Positions 20,628-31,029 are shown, counted from the stretch's first letter. The stretch: DNA of 64,000 nucleotides from Nitrospirota bacterium (GCA_963733375.1 CAVTDB010000026.1:192001-256000); one strand, 5' to 3'. Notes: generated from the letters alone by a model not told the origin. Translations and numbers: made by a program.

Positions 20628-22296
20628 TAAGGGGACTCAGAGTTAAAACTCGGGATTGTCATCGTATGTCTGATGATAATGTGGTTGGGCGCCTTCATCT
20701 ACCTCTCCGCCAGTCATCCTTCCTGGATTCTCCCGGTCGTATCGGTGCTTGCCGTATTCACCCTGCTCGTCATGATGTACAGCTTTGACAGGATAGTGCT
20801 TCGGCCCGTGCTCAGGATGAAGGATATGATGGGCAATATGGCGGGGAACGAGGCGGACCTTACGCAGAGGCTGGACCTTTCCACTAACGATGAGTTGGGC
20901 GAGATGGCGGCATTTATAAACCTTTTCATGGAAAGGCTGCACGACCTTGTGGCGAGCACGGGCGATAAATCCGATCTCCTGCTTAAGCTTACGGATGAGA
21001 TACGGAAAAAAACAGATATTTTCGCATCCGGCGCCAAAGAGCAGGGGGATGCGACGAATGAGAATTTCCGGGCTTTGGAGAGGATGGACCGTTCTGTCCA
21101 GGACGTAGCCGGCAGCGCGGAGAGCCTTAACATCACATCCGCCGACAGCTCCGCGACAGTCACTGAAATGGCCGCGCAGGTGGACGTCGTCGCGGAGAGC
21201 ACGGCGAACCTTTCGGGTTATGTCGATGAGGCGTCTTCATCGATTTCTGAAATGAACGTGTCCATAAAGGAAGTAGCCGAAAACGTGAAGATGCTGTCGG
21301 AGCTTGCGTCGAAGACGGCTGACGGGGTTGGACATATACACGTGACGACCCGGGAGGTCGAAGGCAAGGCGAAAATGTCCGCGGCGCTTTCACAGGAGGT
21401 CTCCCGTGACGCGGATACTCTGGGGAACGAAGCGATCGCCAGGACGATGGGGGCGATGGATATGATAAGAGAGACCGTGGAACAGGCGTCGGAGGTCATA
21501 GAAAGCCTCGGCCAGAGGTCCGCGGAGGTGGGAAAGATAATAAAGGTCATAGACGAGATAACCAACCAGACCTCGCTCCTTGCGCTGAACGCGGCGATAC
21601 TGGCGGCGCAGGCGGGAGAGCACGGCAAAGGATTTTCGGTCGTGGCAAACGAGATAAAAGAGTTGGCTGAGCGCACTTCTTCTTCCACCGGGGAAATAGC
21701 GAAGCTGATATCAGTCCGTCCAGGAGGAATCCCAGGCCGCGGTGGAGTCGATGCGCGCCGGGAAAGAACGGGTTATCGAAGGGGCTAAGACGGCCTCGGG
21801 AGCGGCGGATGCGCTGGCAAAAATAATAGAGTCGTCCAACCGCTCAATGAAGACGGCCGTGGAGATAGAGAAGGCGACCACAAGGCAGGCGGAGGCCGTA
21901 CAGCAGGTGGCGGAAGCAATCATAGACGTGCATGAGAGGATTCAGCAGATAGAGAAGGCGACCCAGGAGCAGAGCAAGGGAAGCGAACTCATCGCCTCCG
22001 CCGCGGAGAAGATAAGCTACGTTTCCAGGGAAGTCCGGAAGGCAATGGACGAGCAGGCCAGAGGCATCAAGGAGTTCGCGAAAAGCCTCGACGATACCCG
22101 CGAGATGGCCGGCACCATCGCCCAGGCGACGAAAAGCCAGAGCGATGAAAGCGGCAGCATCGTTAAGTCCATGGAGAAGTTCCTGGAAATCGCACAGAGC
22201 AATTCGGAAATATCGAAAGACATGGAGGAGGCGGTCGGCAAGCTCCTCAGGCAGGCCGGATACCTCCGGGAAGATATGGGGAAGTTCAAGGTTTGA
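20624..22296 (+). CDS. Methyl-accepting chemotaxis protein (frameshifts ~20650, ~21715)
   Basis: 2 [41 protein letters not shown] hairpin. Confidence 0.92.
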
Positions 22297-23525
22297 GAAG
22301 GAAGTTATTTATCCTGCTCATGGTTTTTGCCTCCATCGCCGCGTGTGCCGGGCCGAAAGAGGTCTCCCGGAAGCCGCGGGGCGAAAAGCCCCCAAAGCCG
22401 GTGGCGCCGTCGGCGCTTGTCAGGCTAAGGCAACAGGATTATCCGGATTTTCTCGATGGCGCGGAGCCTTTCTCGCTCGCCCGGGCCGCCGCAAATTCGA
22501 TAGATTATTTCTTAAAGCTCCCGCGTAAACAAATAATGTTCGGACATGACAGATATTCCGCGCGCGGCATGGCGAAATCGCTCTCGGATTTCAGGGAGTT
22601 CCTTCTTGCAGGCCCTTCGGCTGGCTTGATTAAAAAATACGTGACGGAAAAATTCAACGTATATGAATCCACGGGTTCGAACGGCTCAGGCCGCGTCCTC
22701 TTTACCGGCTATTACTGTCCCGAAATCGAGGCGAGCCTCACTCCGGACGAAAAATTTAAATATCCTTTATACAAAAAGCCGGACGACCTTGTCCTTGCGG
22801 ACCTGGGGCGGTTCAGGAAGAATATGAAAGGGACGCTCCTGGGCAGGGTGGAAAACGGCAGGTTCGTGCCGTACCATAAAAGGAAAGAGATTCGGGAAGG
22901 AGCCTTGGACGGCCGGGGCCTTGAGATAGCCTGGTGCGCCGACCCGACGGAAATATTCTTCCTTCAGGTCCAGGGCTCCGGTGTGCTGTCCTTCCCCGAC
23001 GGCTCCAGGAAACACATCAATTACGCCGGGGAAAACGGCAGGGCATACAGGAGCATCGGGGCTGTCCTGATGGACAAGTGCCGCGCGGAAGGGGGCGTGA
23101 TGTCGCTTGAGTGGCTTAAAAACTACCTGCACTCTCACCCCGAGGAAATGGACTCCGTAATGGACCAGGACGATAGCTACGTCTTCTTCACCCTGGCCGA
23201 TGACGGCCCGTTCGGCTGCCTCGGGGAGCCCGTAACCGGCGGGAGGAGCATAGCGGTAGACCACGCCGTATTCCCTTCCGGCGCGCTGGCGTACGTGGAT
23301 ACGGAAGCCCCCGATTTTACAGGCGCTGACAGCCCCTCCGGCTGGTCCGCCTTCAAAAGGTTCGTTCTCGCCCAGGATGCGGGCGGCGCCATAAAAGGGC
23401 CTGGAAGGGTTGACGTCTATTTCGGATACGGAGATGACGCCGGGAAAAAAGCGGGGTGGATGAAGAGGGACGGGAGACTGTACTTCCTGGCGGCGAAAGA
23501 CGCGCTTATTGTATCTCCTCGATAA
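22293..23525 (+). CDS. mltA: Membrane-bound lytic murein transglycosylase A
   Basis: Lipoprotein signal, FTGYY, LQVQGSG, SYVFF, AQDAGGAIKGPGRVDVYFG (3D domain). Confidence 0.92.
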   Translation: MRRKLFILLMVFASIAACAGPKEVSRKPRGEKPPKPVAPSALVRLRQQDYPDFLDGAEPFSLARAAANSIDYFLKLPRKQIMFGHDRYSARGMAKSLSDFREFLLAGPSAGLIKKYVTEKFNVYESTGSNGSGRVLFTGYYCPEIEASLTPDEKFKYPLYKKPDDLVLADLGRFRKNMKGTLLGRVENGRFVPYHKRKEIREGALDGRGLEIAWCADPTEIFFLQVQGSGVLSFPDGSRKHINYAGENGRAYRSIGAVLMDKCRAEGGVMSLEWLKNYLHSHPEEMDSVMDQDDSYVFFTLADDGPFGCLGEPVTGGRSIAVDHAVFPSGALAYVDTEAPDFTGADSPSGWSAFKRFVLAQDAGGAIKGPGRVDVYFGYGDDAGKKAGWMKRDGRLYFLAAKDALIVSPR

Positions 23526-23802
23526 AGATTTGAAGCCCCGAATCTTCCAGCATTTTCTTGAACCTCGCCAGATCCGCCTCGAACTCGCTCACCGCCTGGC
23601 GCTTCTCGTTTACCCGGTTCAGTTCCAGGACCTTCCCGTCTTTATCGCTTTTCCCGTAATAGTTTATCGCCACCACCATGCCTTCTCTGTCCAGACGGCT
23701 TGCCATCAGGCGGATATACCCCTTCTCCAGGGGAATGAAATACCCCTTGTAAGGTTTTTCTCCCTCGCCGACTTCGGCCAAAGCTAAGAAATTGAACTCC
23801 AT
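23506..23802 (-). CDS. Hypothetical protein
   Basis: 98 aa ORF with natural composition; TTGTCA/TATAAT promoter immediately upstream. Confidence 0.6.
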   Translation of the reverse strand: MEFNFLALAEVGEGEKPYKGYFIPLEKGYIRLMASRLDREGMVVAINYYGKSDKDGKVLELNRVNEKRQAVSEFEADLARFKKMLEDSGLQIFIEEIQ

Positions 23803-23916
23803 AGATTAATTATACCGCTCTCATATCCTTTGACAAATAAAGGTAAATATTATAACGTAAACCCAGTCCCGATAACTTAGTTTATAGCGTTTAAAAATTT
23901 TAGAAGGACTTAAAAA

Positions 23917-24351
23917 TTGGCCTCTGTAATCGCGGTAAGCGTAAGCGAAAAGAAGGGGATGCGCAAGAAAAACGTGGAGAGCGTGGTGCTGATTGCAAAT
24001 TTCGGCATCGAGGGCGACGCGCACGCGAGTTCCGAGTGGCACCGGCAGGTGAGCCTTCTGGCGATAGAGAGCATAGACAAGATGCGAAAAGCGGGGCTGA
24101 ACGTGAATCCCGGCGATTTTGCAGAGAATATTACTACTGAAGGCATCGACCTGGTGACGCTGCCTGTCGGGACGAAGATAAAGATAGGCCCGGCGCTGGG
24201 CGAGGTGAGCCAGATAGGGAAAGAGTGCCATACCCGCTGTGCGATATATTATCAGGCGGGGGACTGCGTAATGCCGAAAGAGGGAATTTTCATAAAAGTT
24301 CTTCAGGGCGGTACGGTCCGGCCGGGCGACGAAATATCGGTGGCCCCATGA
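23917..24351 (+). CDS. MOSC-domain protein
   Basis: GIEGDAHA, RQVSLL, PGDFAENITT, QIGKECH..C, CVMPKEGIF. Confidence 0.9.
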   Translation: MASVIAVSVSEKKGMRKKNVESVVLIANFGIEGDAHASSEWHRQVSLLAIESIDKMRKAGLNVNPGDFAENITTEGIDLVTLPVGTKIKIGPALGEVSQIGKECHTRCAIYYQAGDCVMPKEGIFIKVLQGGTVRPGDEISVAP

Positions 24352-24836
24352 TCAAGGCGGCCGTTTTTACTATATCCGACAAGGGTTCGCGCGGCGAGCG
24401 GGAAGATTTTTCTGGTCCTGCCGTGATGGAGATGCTTAAAGGAGTGGCGGCGGAAATAGTCCATTACGAGATAATCCCGGACGAGGTTGAGATTATCATG
24501 GACCGGCTTATAAGGTTCTCGAAAAGTGGCATGGCAGACCTCATCGTGACTACCGGCGGCACCGGGGTCTCGCCCAGGGACGTGACTCCGGACGCTACAA
24601 AAGAGGTAATCGACAGGGAACTTCCGGGGATGGCGGAGGCGATGCGGGCCGAGTCTTTAAAGAAGACTCCGCATGCGATGATCTCCCGCGCCGTCTGCGG
24701 GATACGGGGCAGGACGCTTATAATAAACCTGCCGGGCAGCCTTAAGGGGGCAACGGAAAACCTCGCCGTAGTTCTGCCCGCGATACCGCACGCAGTCGAA
24801 AAAATTTGCGGAAGCGATGCCGAGTGCGGCCGTTAA
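24348..24836 (+). CDS. mogA: Molybdopterin adenylyltransferase MogA/MoaB
   Basis: TISDKG, TTGGTGVSPRDVTPDAT, SRAVCG, NLPGS. Confidence 0.92.
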   Translation: MIKAAVFTISDKGSRGEREDFSGPAVMEMLKGVAAEIVHYEIIPDEVEIIMDRLIRFSKSGMADLIVTTGGTGVSPRDVTPDATKEVIDRELPGMAEAMRAESLKKTPHAMISRAVCGIRGRTLIINLPGSLKGATENLAVVLPAIPHAVEKICGSDAECGR

Positions 24837-24962
24837 ATAAAAAGTCCTTTATTTAATAGTGCCGGGATAGCGAAATTCCGAAAATTCTTCAAATAAAGTC
24901 TTTATTTTTCAATTAGTTGCAGTGCGGTTTTCCGGTTTTTGAAAACGGGCGATTATGCGGCG

Positions 24963-25435
24963 TAACTTAACGTAAGATAAAGGTAAATAGCCTAAAAAAC
25001 CCCTTAAAAACGATGTATCCAAACCCCCCTTTTTTGTATCAAAAGTGGCCCCTGATGCCGCAAAAATGGCTCAAAATGATGCATAAAAAAAAACGGCGGA
25101 TAAGCCATTTATATATTGATAGCCGTCAATAAACGACGAGTTGCGGCGGTAAACGGGAAGAGCTATTAAGAGCAGGTTTTTGTCGTTGACTCATAACCAG
25201 GCCTGATGTATAGTCGGGACTGCGAGGTTCGAAAACAAACGGAATCGTCATTTTTGAAGAGTTCAAGGGTTGAAACTCGGATTTTCTCACGTTTGAAAAT
25301 GAGAAATTTTGAGGCCTAACCTACCGTAAGATAAAAGTAAATAGCCTTAAAAGCCGCTTAAAAACAATGCCTCCCCAACCCCATTTTTTGCCTCCACAAG
25401 TGGCCCCAACTGCCGCAAAAATGGCTCAAAATGAT
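24963..25435 (+). repeat. Dispersed direct repeat A (~118 bp; copies ~24963-25080 and ~25317-25435)
   Basis: Both read TAAC.TA.CGTAAGATAAA.GTAAATAGCCT...AAGTGGCCCC...TGCCGCAAAAATGGCTCAAAATGAT. Confidence 0.9.
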
Positions 25436-25485
25436 ACCCGATAAAAAATCGACGAACGATTTAAAAAAAAAAATCGGAGGAACGC

Positions 25486-25705
25486 ATGATTCGAAGAGGT
25501 GAAGCGGCATACCGGTGTTCTAATCGAGGCCGTCGAGCACAAGATTGATATTGTCATTGAAGGTGTAATGGGGGTGAACGAGAGGCTGGACAGGCACGGC
25601 TGAAAATAAGCAGGAGCACTCCCGGCTGGAGAAGATGACGCTTGTCAACCTGGCCGACATTCAACGCTGGACCAGCGGGTGGGCGGATTGGAAGAGAAAA
25701 TTTAA
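25486..25705 (+). pseudogene. Small coiled-coil hypothetical gene with several indels
   Basis: GGAGG RBS; stitched translation ..EEVKRHTGVLIEAVEHKIDIVIEGVMGVNERLDRH..EHSRLEKMTL..LDQRVGGLEEKI*; may be intact given assembly error rate. Confidence 0.55.
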
Positions 25706-26590
25706 CCAGAGTAAGCCTTGACCGCAAGCTTACATTTCATCGAAGCCCATCTCTGAAACGGGGGTGGGTTTTTTATTAACGATGAGTTGAGGCACGGAAC
25801 AGGAAGAGATTAAGAGACAAAAAATATGATGTTTCCTGATTTTTCATGGAAATAGTTTCTTCTATCCATTTATGTATTATGTTATTAATTTAAGCAGGAT
25901 TTCTAAGTACATCGAATACTCACTAAACAGGAGCGGTAGATGGACATGTCCGGCGGAAATACATTATGAAAAAGGGAAGCGACGGAAATGCGAAGCTATT
26001 TTAAGGAAAGCGGGAAAATAGTTGAATGGCTAAACGGGCAGTTATAAATTCGTTAAAAAAATATCTTAACCTGCTCCGCGAAAACGGTTTGCCTGTTACG
26101 GGGGGAGTTTTGTATGGAAGCTATGCGCGCGGAGAGGAAACTCCTGATAGCGACATAGACCTTCTCGTGCTTTCGCCGCTCTTCGACAAGGACAAGCGTG
26201 CAATGGTGGGAAAGATGTGGGCGTTGGCCCGGCTTATTGACATAAAGATCGAACCGGTGCCGGTCGGGGAGAAACGTTATGAAACAGACAACGTTTCACC
26301 GTTTCTTTTGATGGCGCGGAAGGAAGGAATATTCCTGCGGGTTGACGAAACGAAAGAAAAAGTGAAAGCTTCATAAAATTTAGGAAGACTGGAAGTAAAA
26401 TCATCCCGTCATTAAAATATGGGATGTGGCCCTCAAAGCTGGACCAGCGGGTGGGCAGATTGGAAGAGAAAATTTAATCAGAGCAAGGCTTGACCGCAAG
26501 CTTTCATTTCATCGAAGCCCATCTCTGAAACGGGGGTGGGTTTTTTTATTAACGATGAGTTGAGGCGCGGAACGGAAAAGGGTATTAAAG
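25661..26590 (+). repeat. Direct repeat C (~155 bp; copies ~25661-25816 and ~26433-26590) flanking the MNT gene; its 3' 40-bp sub-repeat B also occurs at ~25131-25172
   Basis: GCTGGACCAGCGGGTGGGC.GATTGGAAGAGAAAATTTAA...AAGCCCATCTCTGAAACGGGGGTGGGTTTTTT..TAACGATGAGTTGAGGC in both copies. Confidence 0.93.
26026..26376 (+). CDS. Minimal nucleotidyltransferase (MNT, pol-beta fold)
   Basis: LYGSYARGEETPDSDIDLLV signature, 116 aa. Confidence 0.9.
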   Translation: MAKRAVINSLKKYLNLLRENGLPVTGGVLYGSYARGEETPDSDIDLLVLSPLFDKDKRAMVGKMWALARLIDIKIEPVPVGEKRYETDNVSPFLLMARKEGIFLRVDETKEKVKAS

Positions 26591-26623
26591 CCGAAAATTT
26601 TCTCTAATAGAAAGGAGAGAACT

Positions 26624-26818
26624 ATGCTATGGGCAATCTTAGCAGTTGTCGTAATAATTCTTTTGGTTTTATTAGTAAACATGTTTAAACTGCAAGAAAT
26701 CCATGAAACCCTCTCTGATATTAGCAATCATCTCGGGGGCATTAAAACAAGGATGGAAATAGAGAGTTATTCAAAGGCAACCGATTGTTTAGGTTTACGA
26801 AAGGAAGGCAGCAAATGA
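26624..26818 (+). CDS. Small single-TM protein
   Basis: AAGGAG RBS; N-terminal hydrophobic stretch then LQEIHETLSDIS. Confidence 0.65.
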   Translation: MLWAILAVVVIILLVLLVNMFKLQEIHETLSDISNHLGGIKTRMEIESYSKATDCLGLRKEGSK

Positions 26819-26949
26819 ATTGGTTTGCATTCGCCTGTGTAGCAGTCGGTTTCATTATGCTTTATAGAATCCTCGAAAGACTTGAAGGTATACATATTAC
26901 CTTGGCTCGCATCTCTTCAAAGATGGAGGAGCCGCGACGAATGGATTGA
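26815..26949 (+). CDS. Small single-TM protein (44 aa), paralog-like to upstream gene
   Basis: ATGA overlap; MNWFAFACVAVGFIMLYRILERLEGIHITLARISSKMEEPRRMD*. Confidence 0.55.
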   Translation: MNWFAFACVAVGFIMLYRILERLEGIHITLARISSKMEEPRRMD

Positions 26950-27023
26950 TAATAAAGGCACGTCCGATTAATGGATTAGCCTATGGTTGGCAGTATATGA
27001 GGAAGAGATTCATGGTAACTTGT

Positions 27024-27732
27024 ATGTCTAATGATGTTCCAAAGAGACAATGCTTTGTTGGCCTACTCGATATTCTGGGCTATAGTGATATTGTTAAAAA
27101 TAGCGAAGCATTGGAATCTGTTTGGAAAACATACAGTGAGATAAAATCTTCGGCATCATTTATAAAAGCCAATCTGGAATCACTTCTGGAACGAGAAATC
27201 ATAAATGTTGATACTTTTTCTGATACGTTTCTACTGTATACATCAGATTATAGTAATAAAGGGCAAAAAGACATTGATGAATTATTCAATGCAATGCTGG
27301 GAGTATGTGATGCGCTTTTCCATTCGGCGAATTCAAATGGGATTCCGATTAGAGGCGCGATAACGGCTGGAGAAATAATAATCGATAAGGGAATACATAT
27401 CGGCAAACCTATTGTAGATGCTTACGAAATGGAGCAAAACCAAGATTGGATAGGATGTTGGATAAGTGATGATGCAATAGCACGTATCAGCAAAGAATTG
27501 ATTGAAAGACATATGAACGGCAATCTTATTTTAAAGTATGAAATTCCATTTAAAAGCGGTGAAATCAGGGAGTGCTGTGTGTTTAATTGGGTTAATTTTC
27601 CTGATGCTTATGACTTTGGTATTCGTAAGAAGAAAAGACGGCCAAGACTGGTCGGTGGAAAGAAAACACCGTAATACCCGTGACTTTATCAAATTTGTCC
27701 AGAGTTCCATTTTCAATAAATCGGGGAAATAA
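27024..27732 (+). CDS. Stand-alone class III nucleotidyl-cyclase-like protein (probable frameshift ~27620)
   Basis: VGLLDILGYS, TFSDTFL, IRGAITAGE, GKPIVDAYEME motifs; plausible C-terminus continues in the 27538-27732 frame. Confidence 0.7.
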
Positions 27733-27839
27733 CGACTTTCCAAACCGTCCCGTCCCCGCTCTATCAATTTCCTTGCAAAACACGCCTGATTATTGTATAA
27801 ATTCCTCTACTTTAAAGGAAAAGGCGGTGTTCGGCCCTG

Positions 27840-28917
27840 ATGCCCAAGATAGAGGACTTAAGGAAAAAAATCGACGAGATTGATGACGAGCTCCTGGGGC
27901 TTCTGAACAGCCGCGCCAAGCTGGTCATCGATATAGGCCGGATCAAGAAGGAGCAGAATACCGTCTTCCACGTGCCGGACCGCGAAAAGCAGATCCTTGA
28001 GCGGCTGGCAAAAAAGAATAAAGGCCCGTTCCCTAACGGAGTCCCTTCAGGCGGTGCTGAAAGAGATATTCTCCGCCTCGCTTTCGCTTGAATCGCCCGC
28101 AAAAATAGCGTATCTCGGCCCCAGGGCCACGTTCTCGCACCTTGCCTGTATCCAGCAGTTCGGGTACTCCGCGCAATACGTCCCCGTGAACAGCATAAAG
28201 GAAGTCTTCGCCGAGGTCGAGCGCGGCCTGGCGGAATACGGCGTAGTGCCGATAGAGAACTCCACGGAAGGCGTCATCAGCTACACGCTGGACATGTTCA
28301 TGGACTCGGACTTAAACATATCCGGCGAAATAATGCTGGAGGTCTCGCACTACCTGATGAACCATACCGGGAAGCTTTCGGACGTGAAGAAGATATACTC
28401 GCATCCCCAGCCGCTGGCCCAGTGCAAGCACTGGCTGGAACAGAATATGAAAGACGTACCCGTCGCGGAGACTTCATCCACCACGAAGGCCGCAGAGATG
28501 GCCGTGGAAGACCCCTCTCTTGCCGCTATAGGCAGCAAGCTTGCGGCTGATATATACGGCCTCAAAATCCTGCGCGAGCGCATTGAGGACAACGTCAACA
28601 ACTATACCCGCTTCCTCATAATCTCAAAAAAATCGCCCGCCCGGACGGGGAAAGACAAGACCTCGATACTGTTCTCCGTGAAAGACCGCCCCGGCGCGCT
28701 GTACGATATGCTGAAGCCCTTCGCCGAGCGCGGCATAAGCCTGACGAAGATAGAGTCCAGGCCCTCCCGCAAGAAGGCGTGGGAGTACCACTTCTTCGTG
28801 GACATCGAAGGCCATTACGAGGACCCGGAGGTCAAGGAAGCCATCGAGGAGCTAAGCCGGAACTGCCTGTTCATCAAAGTCCTGGGGGCGTATCCGGCGG
28901 CCAGGATCAATAAATAA
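27840..28917 (+). CDS. pheA: Chorismate mutase/prephenate dehydratase (P-protein; frameshift ~28045)
   Basis: LRKKIDEID CM domain; YLGPRATFSH, VPIENSTEG, NYTRF, IESRPS. Confidence 0.95.
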
Positions 28918-29020
28918 AAACCTTTGTTACCTTTTTGGAAAAAGGTAACGCCAAAAACTTTTGGGTTTAACACCCCGCTTTTCTTTGTGTTACTTTCTTT
29001 TCACGTGAAAAGAAAGTAAC
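28912..29020. repeat. REP-like palindromes between pheA and hisC
   Basis: GTTACCTTTTT-GG-AAAAAGGTAAC and GTTACTTTCTTTTCAC-GTGAAAAGAAAGTAAC; related copies at 30978-31029 and 46330-46427. Confidence 0.8.
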
Positions 29021-29031
29021 GGTTTTAAAAT

Positions 29032-30115
29032 ATGAAAAAACTTACATCCGAATATATAGAGAGACTGACGCCTTACGCTCCCGGGAAACCGATAGATGAG
29101 CTTGAGCGCGAGCTTGGCTTGACCGGCTCCATAAAACTCGCCAGCAACGAAAACCCCATCGGGCCTTCACCTAAGGCAATCGCCGCAATCGCGGGTCATC
29201 TCGCAAGCCTTAACCGCTACCCGGACGGCGCCGCGCATTACTTAAAAGATGCGATAAGCAAAAAATTCGGCCGCCCGATGGATGAGATAATCCTGGGCAA
29301 CGGCTCGAACGAACTTCTGGACATAATCGTCCGCACGTTCCTTCTTGACGGCGAGGAGTCGATATTCGCGGAGCCGTCGTTTGTCGTCTATAAAATGTCC
29401 ACGCAGGCGGCGGGTAGAAAAGGCGTGGCCGTGCCCCTGAAGGACGGGCGGCATGACCTCGCCGCGATGGCGGACAGGATAGACGGCAAGACGAAGATAA
29501 TCTTCATCGCCAACCCAAATAACCCGACCGGCACGATGAATACCGAAGGCGGAGATGGACGAGTTCATGTCGCGCGTGCCGGAGGACGTGCTGGTGGTGG
29601 TGGACGAGGCGTATTTTGAGTACGTAACCAGCCCGGAATATCCGGATACGTTCAAATATTTAAGGGACGGCAGGAACATAATAATACTCCGGACGTTCTC
29701 GAAGATTTACGGCCTTGCCGGACTTCGTATAGGTTACGGCTTCGCGCCTCCGAAACTCGTGGACCTGATGAACAGGGTACGCGCGCCTTTCAACACCAAC
29801 TCGCTCGCACAGGCGGCGGCGCTTGCCGCCCTCTCGGACGACGGCCACGTGCGGGAGTCGGTAAAGGTGAACGAGGAAGGCAAGAAATACCTCTACGCGG
29901 AAATGTCGAAGATGGGCCTGGACTACCTGCCCACGCAGGCAAATTTCATCTGGATAGACCTCCACAGGGAAGCGCGTGGGGTTTACGATGCGTTACTTAA
30001 AAAGGGCGTTATCGTCAGGCCGATGGGGCCGACGCAGATAAGGGTGACGGTGGGCCTTCCACAGGAAAACGAGAGATTCATTAAAGCGCTTTCCGAAGCG
30101 CTACAGGGGGCATAA
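29032..30115 (+). CDS. hisC: Histidinol-phosphate aminotransferase (frameshift ~29550)
   Basis: KLASNENP, GNGSNE, NPNNPTG, DEAY, RTFSKIYGLAGLRIG. Confidence 0.95.
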
Positions 30116-30122
30116 AGCAGTT

Positions 30123-30983
30123 TTGAGCGCTCATTTTAATCAGGCGACAGTAATCGGAGTAGGGCTTATCGGCGGCTCTATCGCCGGCGTGATAAAGGCG
30201 CGGGGTATTGCGCAGACCGTCGTCGGCGTGGGAAGGAACAAGGATAACCTTGAGAGCGCCGTCCGGCTGGGCTTAATCGACCGCTATTCGCAGGACGCGA
30301 AGAAAGGCGTCATCGGCTCCGACCTCGTGGTGCTGTGCTGTCCCGTGGGCTCTTTCGAGCAGGTAGCGAAGGAAATAAAGCCGTACTTAAAGGACCAGGC
30401 CGTCGTGACGGACGCGGGGAGCGTCAAGGGCAGTCTCGTTGAGCGGCTGGAAGAGATATTTTATTTAAAGGCCCGGTATGTCCCGGCGCACCCCATCGCG
30501 GGAGGCGAGCGTTCAGGCGCGGAGGCGGCGGATTTAAAACTTTTCCAGGGAGCGCGCTGCATACTTACCCCGACAAGGCATACCGACATTCAGGCGCTGG
30601 AAGCGGTTTCCGACCTCTGGGAGGCGGCGGGCGCGAAGGTGGAGAGGATGGACCCGTTCGACCACGACCGCGTGTTCGGGATGGTAAGCCACCTCCCGCA
30701 CGTCGCGGCATATGCGATGGTCGGCGCGCTGACAAAGATGGACGGCGGCGAAGACGCGATATCCTATGCCGCGGGCGGCTTCAAGGACTTCACCCGCATC
30801 GCCGGAAGCCACCCCGGCATGTGGCGGGACATCTGCCTGCTGAACGCCGGGAACATAAAAGCCGCGCTGGATGTTTATATAAAATCACTTGAGGCCTTAC
30901 GCGGCCTGATAGAAGCAGGCGACGGCGATGCGCTGCAGGCGGAGTTCGAAAAAGCGAAGACGCTAAGGCAGAAGATAAAATAA
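30123..30983 (+). CDS. tyrA: Prephenate/arogenate dehydrogenase
   Basis: GVGLIGGS, DAGSVK, HPIAGGE, SHLPH, DFTRIA. Confidence 0.95.
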   Translation: MSAHFNQATVIGVGLIGGSIAGVIKARGIAQTVVGVGRNKDNLESAVRLGLIDRYSQDAKKGVIGSDLVVLCCPVGSFEQVAKEIKPYLKDQAVVTDAGSVKGSLVERLEEIFYLKARYVPAHPIAGGERSGAEAADLKLFQGARCILTPTRHTDIQALEAVSDLWEAAGAKVERMDPFDHDRVFGMVSHLPHVAAYAMVGALTKMDGGEDAISYAAGGFKDFTRIAGSHPGMWRDICLLNAGNIKAALDVYIKSLEALRGLIEAGDGDALQAEFEKAKTLRQKIK

Positions 30984-31029
30984 AAACCTTTGTTACCTTT
31001 TTGGGAAAAAGGTAACGCCAAAAACTTTT
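30978..31029. repeat. REP-like element nearly identical to 28912-28962
   Basis: AAATAAAAACCTTTGTTACCTTTTTGG(G)AAAAAGGTAACGCCAAAAACTTTT. Confidence 0.85.

Noticed and set aside
23865-24990. dif/pdif-like half sites (AGTCCCGATAA-N6-TTAT at ~23865; ACTTAACGTAA at ~24965)
   Set aside because: The partner XerC/XerD arm does not match at the required 6-bp spacing
24840-25320. CRISPR leader-like AT-rich DNA with GTTCAA..TTGAAAC fragments
   Set aside because: No regularly spaced identical repeats with unique spacers and no cas genes in the window
25770-26590. Repeat B as integron attC sites (starts TAAC..GAGTTGAG)
   Set aside because: No complementary right arm or GTTRRRY end, and no intI
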